This document shows, in pieces, positions 25,287-38,417 of a stretch of 51,476 nucleotides of DNA (within the stretch, counting starts at the first letter, position 1; the number at the start of each line of letters is the position of its first letter). The notes beneath the pieces are model-generated. The model saw nothing but the letters and a program-made list of their open reading frames with translations, was not told the origin of the DNA and ran no database searches. A program made the position numbers and the translations under genes. Source of the stretch: Nemertoderma westbladi (taxonomy: Eukaryota; Animalia; Xenacoelomorpha); NCBI GenBank assembly GCA_032718475.1, contig JAUCBJ010002447.1, forward strand, positions 1-51,476. Direction: 5' to 3'.

Positions 25287-25555
25287 GCTTCTGTATTGCA
25301 GTAGGCAATAAAGCTGAAGTACCGGCAACCGGTACCCAGTAGGCCTGACTACCTAACCACCCGGACCGGTACCTACAGCAGTACAGGTACAGCAGTATTA
25401 TTCGATTTTGATAATTATATACCGGTAGGCCTTAATAATTAATCAGGGAGGGCCCGCCCTGGTTTTTTATTGAGATTTTTACTTATTTCTGTCAAGTTTT
25501 ATTTGTTTGTAGGCCAGTATTGAACAGAAGGCGTGTAAGCCTGATCAGATTGTAC

Positions 25556-26120
25556 AGACAATTTGTAGGCTGAGCTGTTGTCTGATTGCTGTTAAGTCTG
25601 AACGGATTGCAGTGTGTGTAGATCACCTGTCCGATTAAGTACGGTTAGGAAGTAGGGGCAGCGAACGCTGTAAGGTAAACCCCCAACTAAAGAATAAGTC
25701 GCACTACTGGGTTAGAGCCTAATTATTTCGGAGTCTGCATGTCCTGTAGTTTATTTAGGCTTGAGAGTAGTCTGCCATCGTTTAGTCTGTACTTTGTTTG
25801 TGTAAGTCTGTACGGGTAGCGTATAATTTTATTTAGATAATTTGTAGGCTGGATAGTTGTCCGGCTGTTGTTAGGTCTGAACGGATTGCAGTGTGTGTAG
25901 ATCATTTGTCTGATTAAGTACGGTTAGGAAGTAGGGGCAGCGAACGCTGTAAGGTAAACCCCCAACTAAAGAATAAGTCGCACTACTGGGTTAGAGCGCA
26001 TACTCCCTAATCATTTCGGAGTCTGCATATACCGTAGTTTGTTTAGGCTTGATAGTAGTCTGTCAGTGTTCGGTCTGCATTTTGTTTGAGTAGTTTGTAC
26101 GCGTAGCGTAATATTTATTA
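25556..26120 (+). repeat. ~280-bp tandem duplication in the BEL 5' leader (also in copy 2, ~38700-39270)
   Basis: TAAGTACGGTTAGGAAGTAGGGGCAGCGAACGCTGTAAGGTAAACCCCCAACTAAAG occurs twice, ~279 bp apart. Confidence 0.9.
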
Positions 26121-27448
26121 TTCAGAGTTTATGCGATTATCCGCAACATTCATTCCCCAAGTTTGTTCCTACAGTAATTGTGTTTGTTATACATACCGCT
26201 ATAGTTAAATTAACCTCGGTACTACACGGGCTGCTTGGCGTAGGTAAAGACTGGTGATTTTGTGCATCGGTCACTCCAGCAGATGCCGTGGTTCTTTTAG
26301 CTGTTCAAGTATATTTAACTACTGATTATCTGTTATACAAGTACTCGTACCTAATTTAGGGTTTAGTGTACAGTGCTTTCCGAAAGTAATTAGTGTAGGC
26401 ATTACATTTGTGGTGTAAAGTGGTTAATAGGCACGTTCGATTAGCTCTATTAACTTCTAGGTAGGAACACTCCGTGATACATAACGTAGTACCTATAGCG
26501 ATACGGCTATAGGTCGTCAGGCGGTGGTATTTTCCTATCTGGACAACGCAGTGTATTTACTACTACGTATTATTTTCAAATACCGCAGTACCCTGTCCGT
26601 TGTAATAACCAGATTCTAACCCTTTGTTAGGCTGGTTAGTAGACTTCTTATAAAATTACCCTAAAAATTCGTATTTTGTGTTTTTGTAAATTTTTGTGTT
26701 TATTTAGAGATTGTAATCTCAACCCGAATCGTACGTAATTTGTAGTATTAAGTAACTTAGGTAAATTAGAATCATTTGTTTTAGTGTCCTGTACGTAACA
26801 CTTCACTAAAAGCGCACCGCTTTGTGTAGTGATTACTCCCCAGAAATAATAACATTTATTTCAAATACTGACAAAACCCATTAAAACGGGTATATATATA
26901 TTATAAATCAAATCTAACGATTTATAAATAGTAGGCCTACCATATAACAATTAGGTCTCAATATCAGTTGGACTACTGCTCAAATAACGGTAATAAAGTA
27001 AGTAAAGTAACCAAGTAACCCTAAAATTCAGAAATTCAATTATTTAAAATAATTGGTATACCGGTATTTACGATAGGCCTATTATCTTTATTTCTATAAA
27101 TTTTAGGTTGAAATCATACCGGTACTCTGTAATTAATTCTAGTCTGTAATTATACTTATATATATACCCTATAAGTGTAAACTGCATACCGGTATTCCGA
27201 TAAGCCTATTATATATTTATATATATTTGTGCTAAAATTATACCGGTATTCTGTGATAAACCTAGTCTGTAATAATACTTATATAGTTATATATACTATA
27301 AGCATACCGGTATTCTAATATATTATATATATCACGCTACACTGAGTAGCAGTACCGGTAATTAATTACTAGGCTAGCAGTTAATACTGAGTTACTAGAC
27401 TTGCTCAGACTGTAATACAGCAGTAGACATTCAACTGTACACATAAGC

Positions 27449-30400
27449 ATGTCTGACGCAAAGCAGAACCTGTCAGACAGTCTACTAGATACAACTGAGA
27501 GCGAAGTGACAGCAGAGAAACCGCATAAGAGGGATGCCATTGACATCTATCTGTCAGACTATCAACGTTTTTTAGGTGATGACGAGTTGAGGAGAAGGTT
27601 AGAGGGACTTAGCCCTAATAGTGAAGGAACCAAGCTTGTGTTGGATGCCATCGATGTGGAAATGAGGGCTGCGAACCAGGCTAAATTTGATGAACAACTC
27701 CGCATCACCAGAGTCCAAGAAGAACAAGTAAAGAAAAAACGTATAGAAGACAGAAAGGCAGCGGCAGTAGCAGCAGCAGTGGCAGCTGCAGAAGCAGAAA
27801 GAAAAGCGGCAGCGGCAGAGGCAGCGGCAGAGGCAAAAGCGGCAGCGGCAGAGGCAGCGGCAGAGGCAAAAGCGGCAGCGGCAGAGGCAGCGGCAGAGGC
27901 AAAAATGGCAGCGGCAGAGACAAAGGCAGCAGCCGAAGCGGAAAGAAAAGTGGCGGAGGCAGTGGTAGAAGCAGAACGGAGAGCGGCTGAAGAAACCACC
28001 CAATTAGAATTGGAAAACATTCAGGAGAATCAAGACTGCATAAATAAACAGTTAACAGCTAGTAATATGCAGATGATGAATCGATCTACTCCCAAAAGAC
28101 AGGGATATACATCATCTGAGGAAGGCGATACCACCGATACTGAAGGCAAGGGAAATAGATCTCGTCTAAGTAGACGTAAAAGAACATTCCACCGTCAGAA
28201 ATTGCCTGATTTGCCTCCAGCTGTTAGAAGGCAACTAAATAACACCAACTTAGGTAGTACAGAGCCCACAGACCAAATAATTAAAATAGAAAGACTCCCT
28301 ACTATAGTAGATGAGCCTGAAATAATTAGGCCTGTTCTTGAAATCACCCCTTCGGTGATAGACACACATGTGCTCCCTGAAACTACCTCTAAATTCCCTC
28401 TGCATAGCACTAAGCTACCTGTGCCCCGCAGAACTGCCCAAGAGACAGTTCAGGTCCTGGACCCCGAGCGAAATATTCACAATTTGTCGCCCGTTGTCCC
28501 TCGTCCGCCCGCTACAACGTTGGCGACTCCCGCTTCGGCGGTCGAATGGGTGGACGAGAGACGGCGGGGGATGGATATCCTGCTCGGGCAGATGCAGGAG
28601 ACTGTCCAGCAATTCAAGGGCACAGTAAGGGAAAGTAGGCTAGAGTTGCAAGAAGTGCAGCAAAGTATCGCGCTTGAACGCGATAAATTAGTAAATACCC
28701 AAAAGGGTATACCACCACCCTCTGTAACAATGTGTCAACCTGTTAGGTCTGAAGTATTGCATGCGCAAGGTGTGGAGCCTACACGCATATATACTGCTAG
28801 CGAAGTAGAAACTCCTATAGTGAACCCTATTAAGGGTAATTATAGACCTGTTGATAATGACATTCCCTATAGACCTGATCATAATCCGAGAAATTTATAT
28901 ACCGATAACTCGATATTAAATAACACGATGGCCCAAGAAAGTTTTACGCGTCAAATGGCTAGAACCGAAGCCCGGCAAGCGGTAAAGGTGGGAGAGATCG
29001 TCAAGTTCAATGGAGATGAGATGAAATGGTTACATTTTTTAATGAATATTATAAAGATAACATACAGAACTCTGTACTATCTAACGGAGAGAAACTTAGA
29101 TTCCTCATCGAATGTTTGGAAGGACCTCCCAAGTCAATGGCGTTAAAATTTATTGGACATCCAGATGGATTAAGACAAGTTTGGGATACACTAAACATCA
29201 GGTATGGTAATAGGACTAACATAGCTAGGTATTTATATACGAAATTAATGGCGCCCCGAAAGTTTCTTAGCAGCGGGATTATAGAGTTTTCCGATGAGAT
29301 TCAGGAGATCTGTAGACAACTAGATTGGTTAGGTAAGTCTCATGAATACCAGAATTCTATGGTTGTAGGAGCCTTAGCATCTACTTTGCCCAAGGGTGGA
29401 GTAGGTACACGCTGGGACAAGAAGGTGTTATATATGATGGAACAACAACAACGAGACCCTACCATGGCTGATCTCATGTCATTCTTAGATGGAGAAGTGA
29501 AATTACAGCTCCTAAGACAGTCCAGAGAGAAGACACTGGAAGACAAGGTAAGTGAGAAACCCGTTTCTAGGAGAAGGGTAACACCAGTATGTTATACCGA
29601 CGACGGTGAAAGCCAAACTTCTCAAGGAGAGGACAGCGGGAAAGACACTGACAGATCTTATTATGTCAATAAATTGCCTAAAGATCAGGTAAGTAAATCC
29701 GAGTCTCGACCCAATGACAGAAGGGAACCGGTACAAAAAACCCTTCCTACGTCTCCTAAAAGAATTCAGGTGAGAAAGCCCGAGGAAAGAACAAGTGTGC
29801 ACCACATAGCACAGGTTAAAGTAAGTAACATCAAGCCGAAATGTGTGCTGTGCGACGGGCCCCACCGTTTAAATGCGTGTGATAAATTCCTGAGGAAATC
29901 ACTAAAGGATAGACGTGAAGTCATATGGGATAAGCGGTTGTGTTATAATTGCCTCATACGAGGACACCAACGGCGAACCTGTAACTCCGACGCAAGGTGT
30001 GCAAAGTGCGGCGCAAAACATCATATCTTGTTGCACACGGAATTCGAACGAAACAGCCCGAGTCAGGTAAGTGAGTCCGAACTACATGTCCAATTCAGTG
30101 ATGTGAACGACACTGATCAATCTGAGATGGAAGGATTCTATACGGACGAGTTTTCCGACCAAAACGAATCCTGTTACCTAATAAACACCACCGCAGTGTA
30201 TCGAGCACTTGTGTATGAAAAAGACACAGACAGCGACCTCACCCTAACTACTTCAGATCAACAACCATCTTGGAAAGCGCCAACTTCCAATATAGGAATC
30301 CGAGAATTTCCTGTAGTCCAGTTACGGGTCCACGGACCTCAGAAGAGCTATATAGTGAACGCCCTCCTGGACTCCGGTAGCACAGGAACATTCATCGATA

Positions 30401-31581
30401 AAGAACTAGCCGAAGTCATCTTTGCTGGACAACCCAAGTTCCGAACCAAGCTAAACATGTCAGGGATCATGCAGGTTTGGAATTCTACTGTAGCTGCCGA
30501 CTATTATGTAGGCGTGTTGTCCACCCCCCAGGACGAACTAGGAGAACATAGCATAAGGTCAGTGAAAATGGTGGCTATAAAGAACTTCGCTACTACTCAA
30601 GCAGACCTTTATAATTGGGACGAGGATGAGAGCATCCAACATCTTAACATACCTCGATTCCAGACTGATTATCCTGGAGTGCAAATACTCATCGGCCAAA
30701 ACGCGCATGAGGCGCTGGAGACATTAGAGAAATGACCTGCTCAACCGCAGCCACTACAGACCTATGCGGTAAGAACTAGAGTAGGTTGGTACCTTACTGG
30801 ACCTTCCCGTAGAACGCTCAGGGAAAGACTGCTTCAAGATCGCGTCTGCCAGGTAAGTGAATGGGAAGATGATACTAGTGAGGGAGACGACCCAACTGAG
30901 GGAACACCACACTCCTCAGATAATGACAATCTTAGCTCCAATGTAGATCAATGGAGATATTGCCCCAAGAAGTTTAATCCAACGGACATCGCTTCCAGAG
31001 GAGCAACTCCTCAAGAACTGACAGATACTATAGACCGGTTAGGTGAACCCGACTTCCTGAGTAAGGAGAATGAATGGCCTCCCCATCTTACTCCGACTGA
31101 GATTAGACCAGCCAAGGGAGCGGAGAAAGTTAAACCTAAAACCCGGACGGGTGGAGCGGAGTTATTTGAACCCGGGATAGATCTGTCGGTATTGCATATT
31201 GCCAGGGACGACGCCATGGATCTAGACCTCCCCACCGCGAGTGGATCCTTCATGAAGATCAGAGAGAGCGATTGGAGCTCTGGAACATCAGACGTCTCGC
31301 AGGGACTCTCACCTCTCCTGCAGGGAGCGACGGACCACTATAGCTCCTGGAATCGGCTTTGTAAGGCCGTCGTGTACTTAGAGCGATGTTTCTATCGTCA
31401 CTATTCCAGGACGAAGAGGAAACCTGGAATTGTATTCGGGATGCAGCGACTCAATCACCCAGTCGGTCGTTTGTGTTTACCGGAAGGGAATGGAGGACTC
31501 TCCGGAAACTGTGGAAGGCAAGATTCTCATCCCACGACCACCTCCCTAATCCTTCAAACATCTAGGGACTCCATAACGTAA
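27449..31581 (+). pseudogene. gag-pro: BEL Gag-protease polyprotein with RT and most of RNase H deleted; frameshift near 29036, TGA at 30733
   Basis: FNGDEMKW..LSNGEKLRFL (BEL Gag); CVLC..H..C, CYNC..GH..C, CAKC..HH..LH; ALLDSGS, ILIG, TRVGWYLTGP; then directly QWRYCP..NPTDIASRG and YSSWNRL. Confidence 0.9.
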
Positions 31582-32129
31582 CAACATATGGAGTGGGTGT
31601 GTGACTCTATTATTTTATATTATTTTATTATTTTTATATTTCTGTATGTATTACTATGTAATTTTATTATAATCGTTTTCTTTAATTTTATTCAGTAGAA
31701 TGTTATTTTAGCGATTATTTAGTAGATTAGTGCAATATATATTCGCGTTTATTACTTAATTACGTATGTATTATATTTAGTGCGACGGCAAGGGATAATT
31801 CTTTTCTCTTTCCTTACTGTCCGTATCATATTATAAATACGTGACTACAGTAAGATGAAATGTCCGTACTTATTAAAGTACAATAAAGCCACTACTATAT
31901 TCAAGTATTATTGGTAGGCAGAGTATTAGGAATGCAAAGATCAGATCCTCGTGTCTCGGCTAAACCAAGCTCTGGGTAGACCTTGGAAACGACTTGCCTC
32001 TTCACACTGACATTGCTTTGTGCGATATTGCTCTCATACCGTATATTAAATAATACATATAGTAGCGTGATGTCCCTTTAACAGTAGCGTATAACGCAAA
32101 ATAAATCTGTTAAACCCTTTGACCATCTG

Positions 32130-32410
32130 CCATTCTAGTCGATTAAGATATCGTGGCACCCACCGATATACTTGAAAGACAAATTATAGAATCAGTGGTT
32201 AACGTCCCCAGACAAGTTCTGGAATAAATCGGTGCCCATCTCAAATATTAATTAGTTAATATTTACAAATCAAATAAGTCAAAATCTGTAAAATTCAGAT
32301 CCTTCAACAATTCTAGTCAATTAAGATATCGTAGCATTTACCGATATTCTTAAAAAGACAATTGTCATAGAATTAAGGATCTTGTGTCCCCAGACATGTT
32401 CTGGAATCCA
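32130..32410 (+). repeat. Degenerate ~180-bp duplication in the BEL 3' non-coding region
   Basis: ATTCTAGTC.ATTAAGATATCGT.GCA...GTCCCCAGACA.GTTCTGGAAT twice. Also at ~46096-46333 in copy 2, where the Gypsy element inserted. Confidence 0.75.
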
Positions 32411-33251
32411 AATATGTCCATTTAGTTGTCAAATAATAAAATTTCAGGGAATAAATTTAAATTCATGCCTTTTAATGAATTTAATAAATTGCCATTTTTA
32501 CGCAGTTTATAAAGTTCCCAAAATTCCATTAATTAATAGATCAAGGGAGCGGAGATTTATCTTATCATGCGTATGAGTGTGTGAAAGTCTCCCAAACATA
32601 GTCAATAGCCGATAAAATTCATAAAGTCATGTATAAAACAGAACATTGACTATTAAAGAATACTATTAAATAACATCCCAGATCTGTATGCATTGTAATT
32701 ACTCTAATTCTACCGCTAGCTTTGCATAATGTCACCATAGCAACAACCACGCTAGAATTATAATTGAGTTAAAAGAACAATAGAAAGCTTGTCCCATTGA
32801 ATAGCATAGGGAATAAATAGCGCACTACTAGTATCCAAGGATACATCCAGAATACAGTGACATTCTGGAAGGCATTGACTAACGGACAAATGGCCCGAAT
32901 GTGCGTAGTTGTGACCAGTTGTGTGGTATTTGTGAATTTATAGGTGAATGTTACTGCTAAAGTGTGTTTACAGTAGCTAGTCGCAATCGTAAAGTAACCT
33001 AACTCTCCAAGGAATACCTGAAGTACATCTAAGCCTTTGGGACGGACAGTCGAGTGACTTGTGCCGGTTGTCGTTGTCGTTGTGCGGCTACGTCGTTGGC
33101 GAAAGTACAGCGGCGACGACACATCGGCGCTGAGGATCTCGTACTGTCCGGGGGTTGATTGGGGTAGGCAGCGACGCCCGCTCGCCTAAATATAAACTCA
33201 TTATAATATGGATGAACTCATATATAGCAGATATGACGGAGTTGATAGAAG

Positions 33252-34593
33252 ATGGTCTTGGTATCGGGGAACGATATATTCTACTTTCAAACGTTTGTTG
33301 ATAGCTTGATACGCGGTGATACTAGTCCAACTACTACGAAGGATGATGGTCGTTATATCGAACCGCCAATGTCCCAAGAGCAGCTTACGCGTGAGTTGGA
33401 CTATAAGAAATTCACTGCTCGATATACGCAGCGTAATGGTACGTATATGGGCTTCTTAACTACTGGTCATTCTATCAATTTACACAATACGGACTATGTC
33501 GACTATATATCCTGCCCAGCGGAGTCGGAACCATAAACTGAAATTCGAATGCGAAAATTCTATTCGAAATCGGCTTGAAAGAAAAGACATTAAAGAAACA
33601 AATAAACGCGGTAACTCCAACATATATTTGGAATTCTTGATAGAAGCATTGTAACAACAAATAAATATCATCCGCGTTTCCACTACCAGACGTGCGTCTT
33701 TGGTATTATTACGGTAAATGCCCTAGACCCAGCCAATAAACGGAAAGACATAAACATCCACGGAAACGTCGTGTTAAACACAGTTGTGTTCGTTATATTT
33801 ACTGGAGTTTCGAGCGAAACTTGTTTGACGTATCACCTATGCTCACTCGGCTCTAACGATCCTAGAGTAAACCTACGATCAGAGTCCCGGAATACTCGGT
33901 CAAACCTCCTCATTCCTTAGTTGGACCTCAGACCTGCGATCCTGGTGGTGTCGCGGATCCTCGCGGACGGTATTCACTGTTCAAGATCTATTGCTACCCT
34001 AACAATTAATCGGTAACACTCCGACAGTGATTTCTAGCTAGCCGCCCATCTTACCTAGCCGGATTATGACGCAGACACCTAATATCATGATCCAACCGTA
34101 TGGTCGTCCCGTTTAACGCGATACAACCCTTCATCAAGGTGAAGGAGAGCGTTGTACGAAACGAGTTAAACGCTATTCTATAAAGATCAAAAAAGAAACC
34201 TGCGTTTGTTCAGATAAACGTAAGTTATAACAGTAAGTCCAATCGATAAACGAATTGGCCTTATCTCAGTTCGATTGGGAAACCTCGAATCTCAAAGAAG
34301 ATATCAAGCTTAGAATTATATTAGCCCTATTCTCGCCCTATTATTATAGCCCTATTCTCTGCGAGAGTTTTGGACGAACGTATCCCATGACAAGCGGAGG
34401 AAAATCAGCTCGAGGAGAAGCATATCGAAATGGACGAGACACCGACCGTAAACCCAAACCTTTTAATGCAATCATATTGCACCCTTCACCCAGGAGTTAT
34501 GGCCCTCCTAGTAAAGTGGCTCCCCCCAAAGAGAAAAGGACTCTTGCTAGCCTCAAAAAACTGCGTAAACGCCGTCTGCGTAAGAAAGGCTAA
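33252..34593 (+). pseudogene. Possible highly decayed BEL integrase remnant
   Basis: Weak motifs in the expected order (SLIR, MGFL, TDYVDY, NIYLEF, TTRR, HPG/YG..KV, KKL) just upstream of the PPT; multiple stops and frameshifts. Confidence 0.3.
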
Positions 34594-34663
34594 CTGTTTA
34601 GAGTATCTTTATATTTTAGAAACTGTGATTTGTTATATTTTATAGACTTAAATCCCATTTTCT

Positions 34664-34671
34664 GGGAGCGG
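34664..34671 (+). other. Short polypurine-tract-like sequence of BEL copy 1
   Basis: GGGAGCGG immediately precedes the TGT of the 3' LTR. Confidence 0.6.
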
Positions 34672-35905
34672 TGTAAAAGCTTTTGCGTAATTAGCCGGTT
34701 ATTTTCCCTTAAAGTACTCTGTAGTTGGTTTGCCAGGCATAAAAAGGCCGTGTCCTTGCTGTACTGGTGTTTTAGAGGACATAAAAGTCATTTCTTATGT
34801 ATTTTTACTGTATTTGTACTTTAGAGGACATAATCCACAATCTCGTGACGCAATAGCTGGATACTTTGAAAACAGTGTCGCTACCATGACGACGGCTAGC
34901 AGCTGATATTGCCACGTCGACGTTTCTTTGTTTCTTTGTTCTCTCGTTGTTCAGGTTGACCAATCAGAGCGTTTGTTGTCTCTGTGTTGGAGGTATATAC
35001 AGAAACTCAGTAGTTCAGTGTTATGTTTTTGCCCAGAGCCTAAGAACCGGCTTTTGGCACCTCCGTGTTTTCAGTTTTTAGTCTTACACTAGTAGGTTTA
35101 ATTATAAGGGCATATATCCTTTAACTGACATACCGATCAAACTCATGGAATCACTGATCTGGGAATACACTGACTGCTGACACACGGCTTTTAATAACTG
35201 CTGAAACTGCTAAAATTACCTGCTCAATCGATACTGTGTACTGCTATTTGTTGTCGGTTATTCATTATATTGGTTGATGAATTATTATATTGGAATAACG
35301 AGAAATAACCCCGAAAACCCAATATTCTTGATATACCGAAGGTAAGAGAGAAAGGTTACCAATAACGATTGTGACTTATGTTAAAGTGGTTTGAAGTGAA
35401 TCTAATGTTATTTGATAGACCCTACATGAGTCAGTCTGTGTTCCTTTTATATGTGACTAAAATCAGTGAAGATTGGCAGATTAGTGTGCAGTATTGTGCA
35501 GCATTGTGTATGAGTGAGTCTGTTAAAGAAGCAATTCCTAAAGAATGCGCCATATATGTGAATTATAATTAAGCCATATCGTTGTGAGTAGTTTAAGTCA
35601 TAACTCTGTTTATATAGATAAAGCGCCACGTCCTAAAGGAACTGTTAATATTCCCCGAAGGTGAATAATATTGTCAGAGATTATATAATACTGTCAGTCG
35701 AATAATACATTAGGCTTACATAGCAATAAAATTAAACCGTCGAACCCAATCTCCCGGGAATATCCAGCGGGTGAATGATCGCGCACAGATTGGTTTCGAC
35801 TAGTGTAGTGAATCAAATACTTGTCATAGACTAAAAACCGATTTAATATCTAGAAGACATCTTAATTTGGTGGGTTAAACTGCCAAAGGTCTGAAAGCGC
35901 GAACA
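34672..35905 (+). repeat. 3' LTR of BEL copy 1 (1234 bp)
   Basis: Direct repeat of 24029-25274, followed by the TSD TACTG. Confidence 0.96.
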
Positions 35906-36456
35906 TACTGCCTCCAAACGATTACATCAAATACCAAAATATCGATACTCGAAAAACCGATATGGGCGCAGATATACTGTTCCCAAGTGAACAAACTTAT
36001 AACATTCATGGTGGCGGTGAAGAAAGAGACTATTAAACAACATGTTTGAAACTGAAACTTTAACATATATTCATGGCTATATATATACGTTTAATAGAGA
36101 GAAAAAAAAAAAAAACTTGGTATAACCTAATTAGGATACATTAGAAAGGTTGATAATTGAAGGTCAGGCTTAAGCCCTGGAAGCCTACCTCCCTGGATAT
36201 TTTAGTAGAACTGTGCTGTACTATGTACATTGGTTGTGCACCGGTAGGTACCTGGGTGGTATTTATTCATATATTGTAATAACAATTGTTTATTATTGAT
36301 TTGAGATATTATAATGCCATATGTTCATACTAGTTGTTGTTGTCTCATATGGGATCATTATAGAATGTACCTGAGGCTACTGAATTATGCATTAGTTATA
36401 TATATTAAATAAATATATTAAAAAAATATATATCGCCAATTTTTTGGGGAATCAAT

Positions 36457-36618
36457 AATAATTGTTTTTGGGGGACGAATAATTGTTTTTGGGGGACGAA
36501 TAATTGTTTTTGGGGGATGAATACTTGTTTTTGGGGGATGAATAATTGTTTTTGGGGGACGAATAATTGTTTTTGGGGGATGAATACTTGTTTTTGGGGG
36601 ATGAATAATTGTTTTTGG
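36457..36618. repeat. 21-bp minisatellite, about 8 copies
   Basis: AATA(A/C)TTGTTTTTGGGGGA(C/T)G repeated. Confidence 0.95.
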
Positions 36619-37218
36619 TGAGAGGGATATTCAATATTGGGGGATGTGAATTGGTGCTACAAAAAAATATATTTGGTGGAAAATAATTTATGTTGGTGTT
36701 AAATCATCTAATTTGGGGTGGCATTCAATTAGTGGCGTTATTTTAATTTCTCAAGGTAGTTAGGAATTAGGGAGTTCATTTGTTGATATCACATGATCAG
36801 CCACAGCACCCTATAGTCAGACCAAGAAATAAAGCCGCCCAAGCAATAGGGTCAGCCATACTTGGAAGAAGACGAAGGTATTGATTGATTGGTCACCATG
36901 TTCGTACAAGACAAAATATTGTCACAATGATGTGAACAGGTTGATCCACCTGGTGATAGCAGAGACCAGACCATCATGCAATAATTAACAGTATTGCAGG
37001 GTAGAGCTGGTTAGAGCAGGGTAGAGTTGTACATCTCCTCTATAAATATGCCATATTGCGGACCCAAACAGTGTATCTGGTGTCCTCAGTAGTAATCAAA
37101 TCATGGGAAACCATTGAATCATCAAACCATTGAATGCCAGCACATCTCAGACTGAACTGCTGCTCTCTACGCAACTGGTCTGATTTCCAGATTCGGAACT
37201 GCTGGTTGGTGGCACATC

Positions 37219-38406
37219 TGTAAAAGCTTTTGCGTCATTAACCGGTTATTTTCCCTTAAAGTACTCTGTAGTTGGTTTGCCAGGCATAAAAAGGCCGTGT
37301 CCTTGCTGTACTGGTGTTTTAAAGGACATAAAAGTCATTTCTTCTGTATTTGTACTGTATTTGTACTTTAGAGGACATAATCTGCAATCTCGTGACGCGA
37401 TAAGCTGGATACTCTTGAAAACAGTGTCGCTACCATGACGACGGCTAACAGCTGATATTGCCACGTCGACGTTTCTTTGTTTCTTTGTTCTCTCGTTGTT
37501 CGGTTGACCAATCAGAGCGTTTTTTGTCTCTGTGTTGGAGGTGTATACAGAACTCAGTAGTTCAGTGTTTGTTATGTTTTTGCCCAGAGCCTAAGAACAC
37601 CGGCTTTTGGCACCTCCGTGTTTTCAGTCTTTAGTCTTACATTAGTAGGCTTAATTATAGGACGTATATCTGTTATCTTAACTAATCATACAAAATCAAA
37701 CCCTACTTACTTATCATACATATCTATGCAATTCATATCTTGCATTACTGCTTTTGCTGTCTGTTGTTCATTATATTTGTTGATGAAATATTATATCGGA
37801 AAACTGATCAATAGTCAGACACCCCACCTTCTTGATATACTAAAGGTTAGAGAGACCGGTTACAGGTAAACGATTGCGACCTATGTTGAGTGGTTTGAAG
37901 TGAATCTAATGCTATTTCATATGCCCAACATAAATTGTCTGTTGCTCTCTTTATACGTGAACAAACTTAGTGAAGGTCGGCAGATTAGTGTGCAGTATTG
38001 TGCAGCATTGTGTATGATTGTAACTGATAACAAAGCATCTCCTAAAGAATGCGCCATATACGTTAATCTATAGCCTTTTCGTTGTGACTAGTTTAAGTCA
38101 TAACTCTGTTTACATATTTAGAGCGCCACGTCCTAAAGGAACTGTTAATATTTCCCGAAAGTGAATAATATTTGTCAGAGATTATATATTACGATCAGTC
38201 GAATAATACAGTAGGCTTACACCATCAATCATTAAGCTCCGAACTCAGTCTCCCGGGTATATCCAACGGGTGAATGATTGCGCATAGACTGGCTTCGGCT
38301 AATGTAGTGTATCAAATACTCGTCATAGGCTAAAGACTATCTATCATCCAAAAGACATTCTAATTTTGGCAGGTTAAACTGTCAAAGGTCTTCAAAAGCG
38401 CAAACA
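37219..38406 (+). repeat. 5' LTR of BEL copy 2 (1188 bp)
   Basis: TGTAAAAGCT...GCGCAAACA; aligns end to end with the copy 1 LTR. Confidence 0.9.
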
Positions 38407-38417
38407 ATAACAGATAT
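38407..38417 (+). promoter_or_regulatory. Non-tRNA PBS position of copy 2, complementary to LTR 37666-37676
   Basis: ATAACAGATAT is the exact reverse complement of ATATCTGTTAT at 37666-37676. Confidence 0.75.

Larger units (their letters stand above)
24029..35905 (+). mobile_element. BEL/Pao LTR retrotransposon copy 1: 11.9 kb, structurally complete, non-autonomous
   Basis: TG...CA LTRs at 24029-25274 and 34672-35905. 5-bp TSD TACTG at 24024-24028 and 35906-35910. BEL-type Gag, three Cys/His knuckles and protease. Confidence 0.95.

Noticed and set aside
27562-28020. Antisense Ala-, Cys/Arg- and Leu/Pro-rich ORFs (also 41670-41993)
   Set aside because: Shadow frames of the 33-bp GCGGCAGAG repeat in gag.
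31582-34671. env-like third ORF in BEL copy 1
   Set aside because: No ORF longer than ~120 aa and no signal-peptide plus transmembrane architecture on either strand.
36452-36634. SSPKNNY-repeat protein
   Set aside because: Translation of a 21-bp minisatellite with no gene context.
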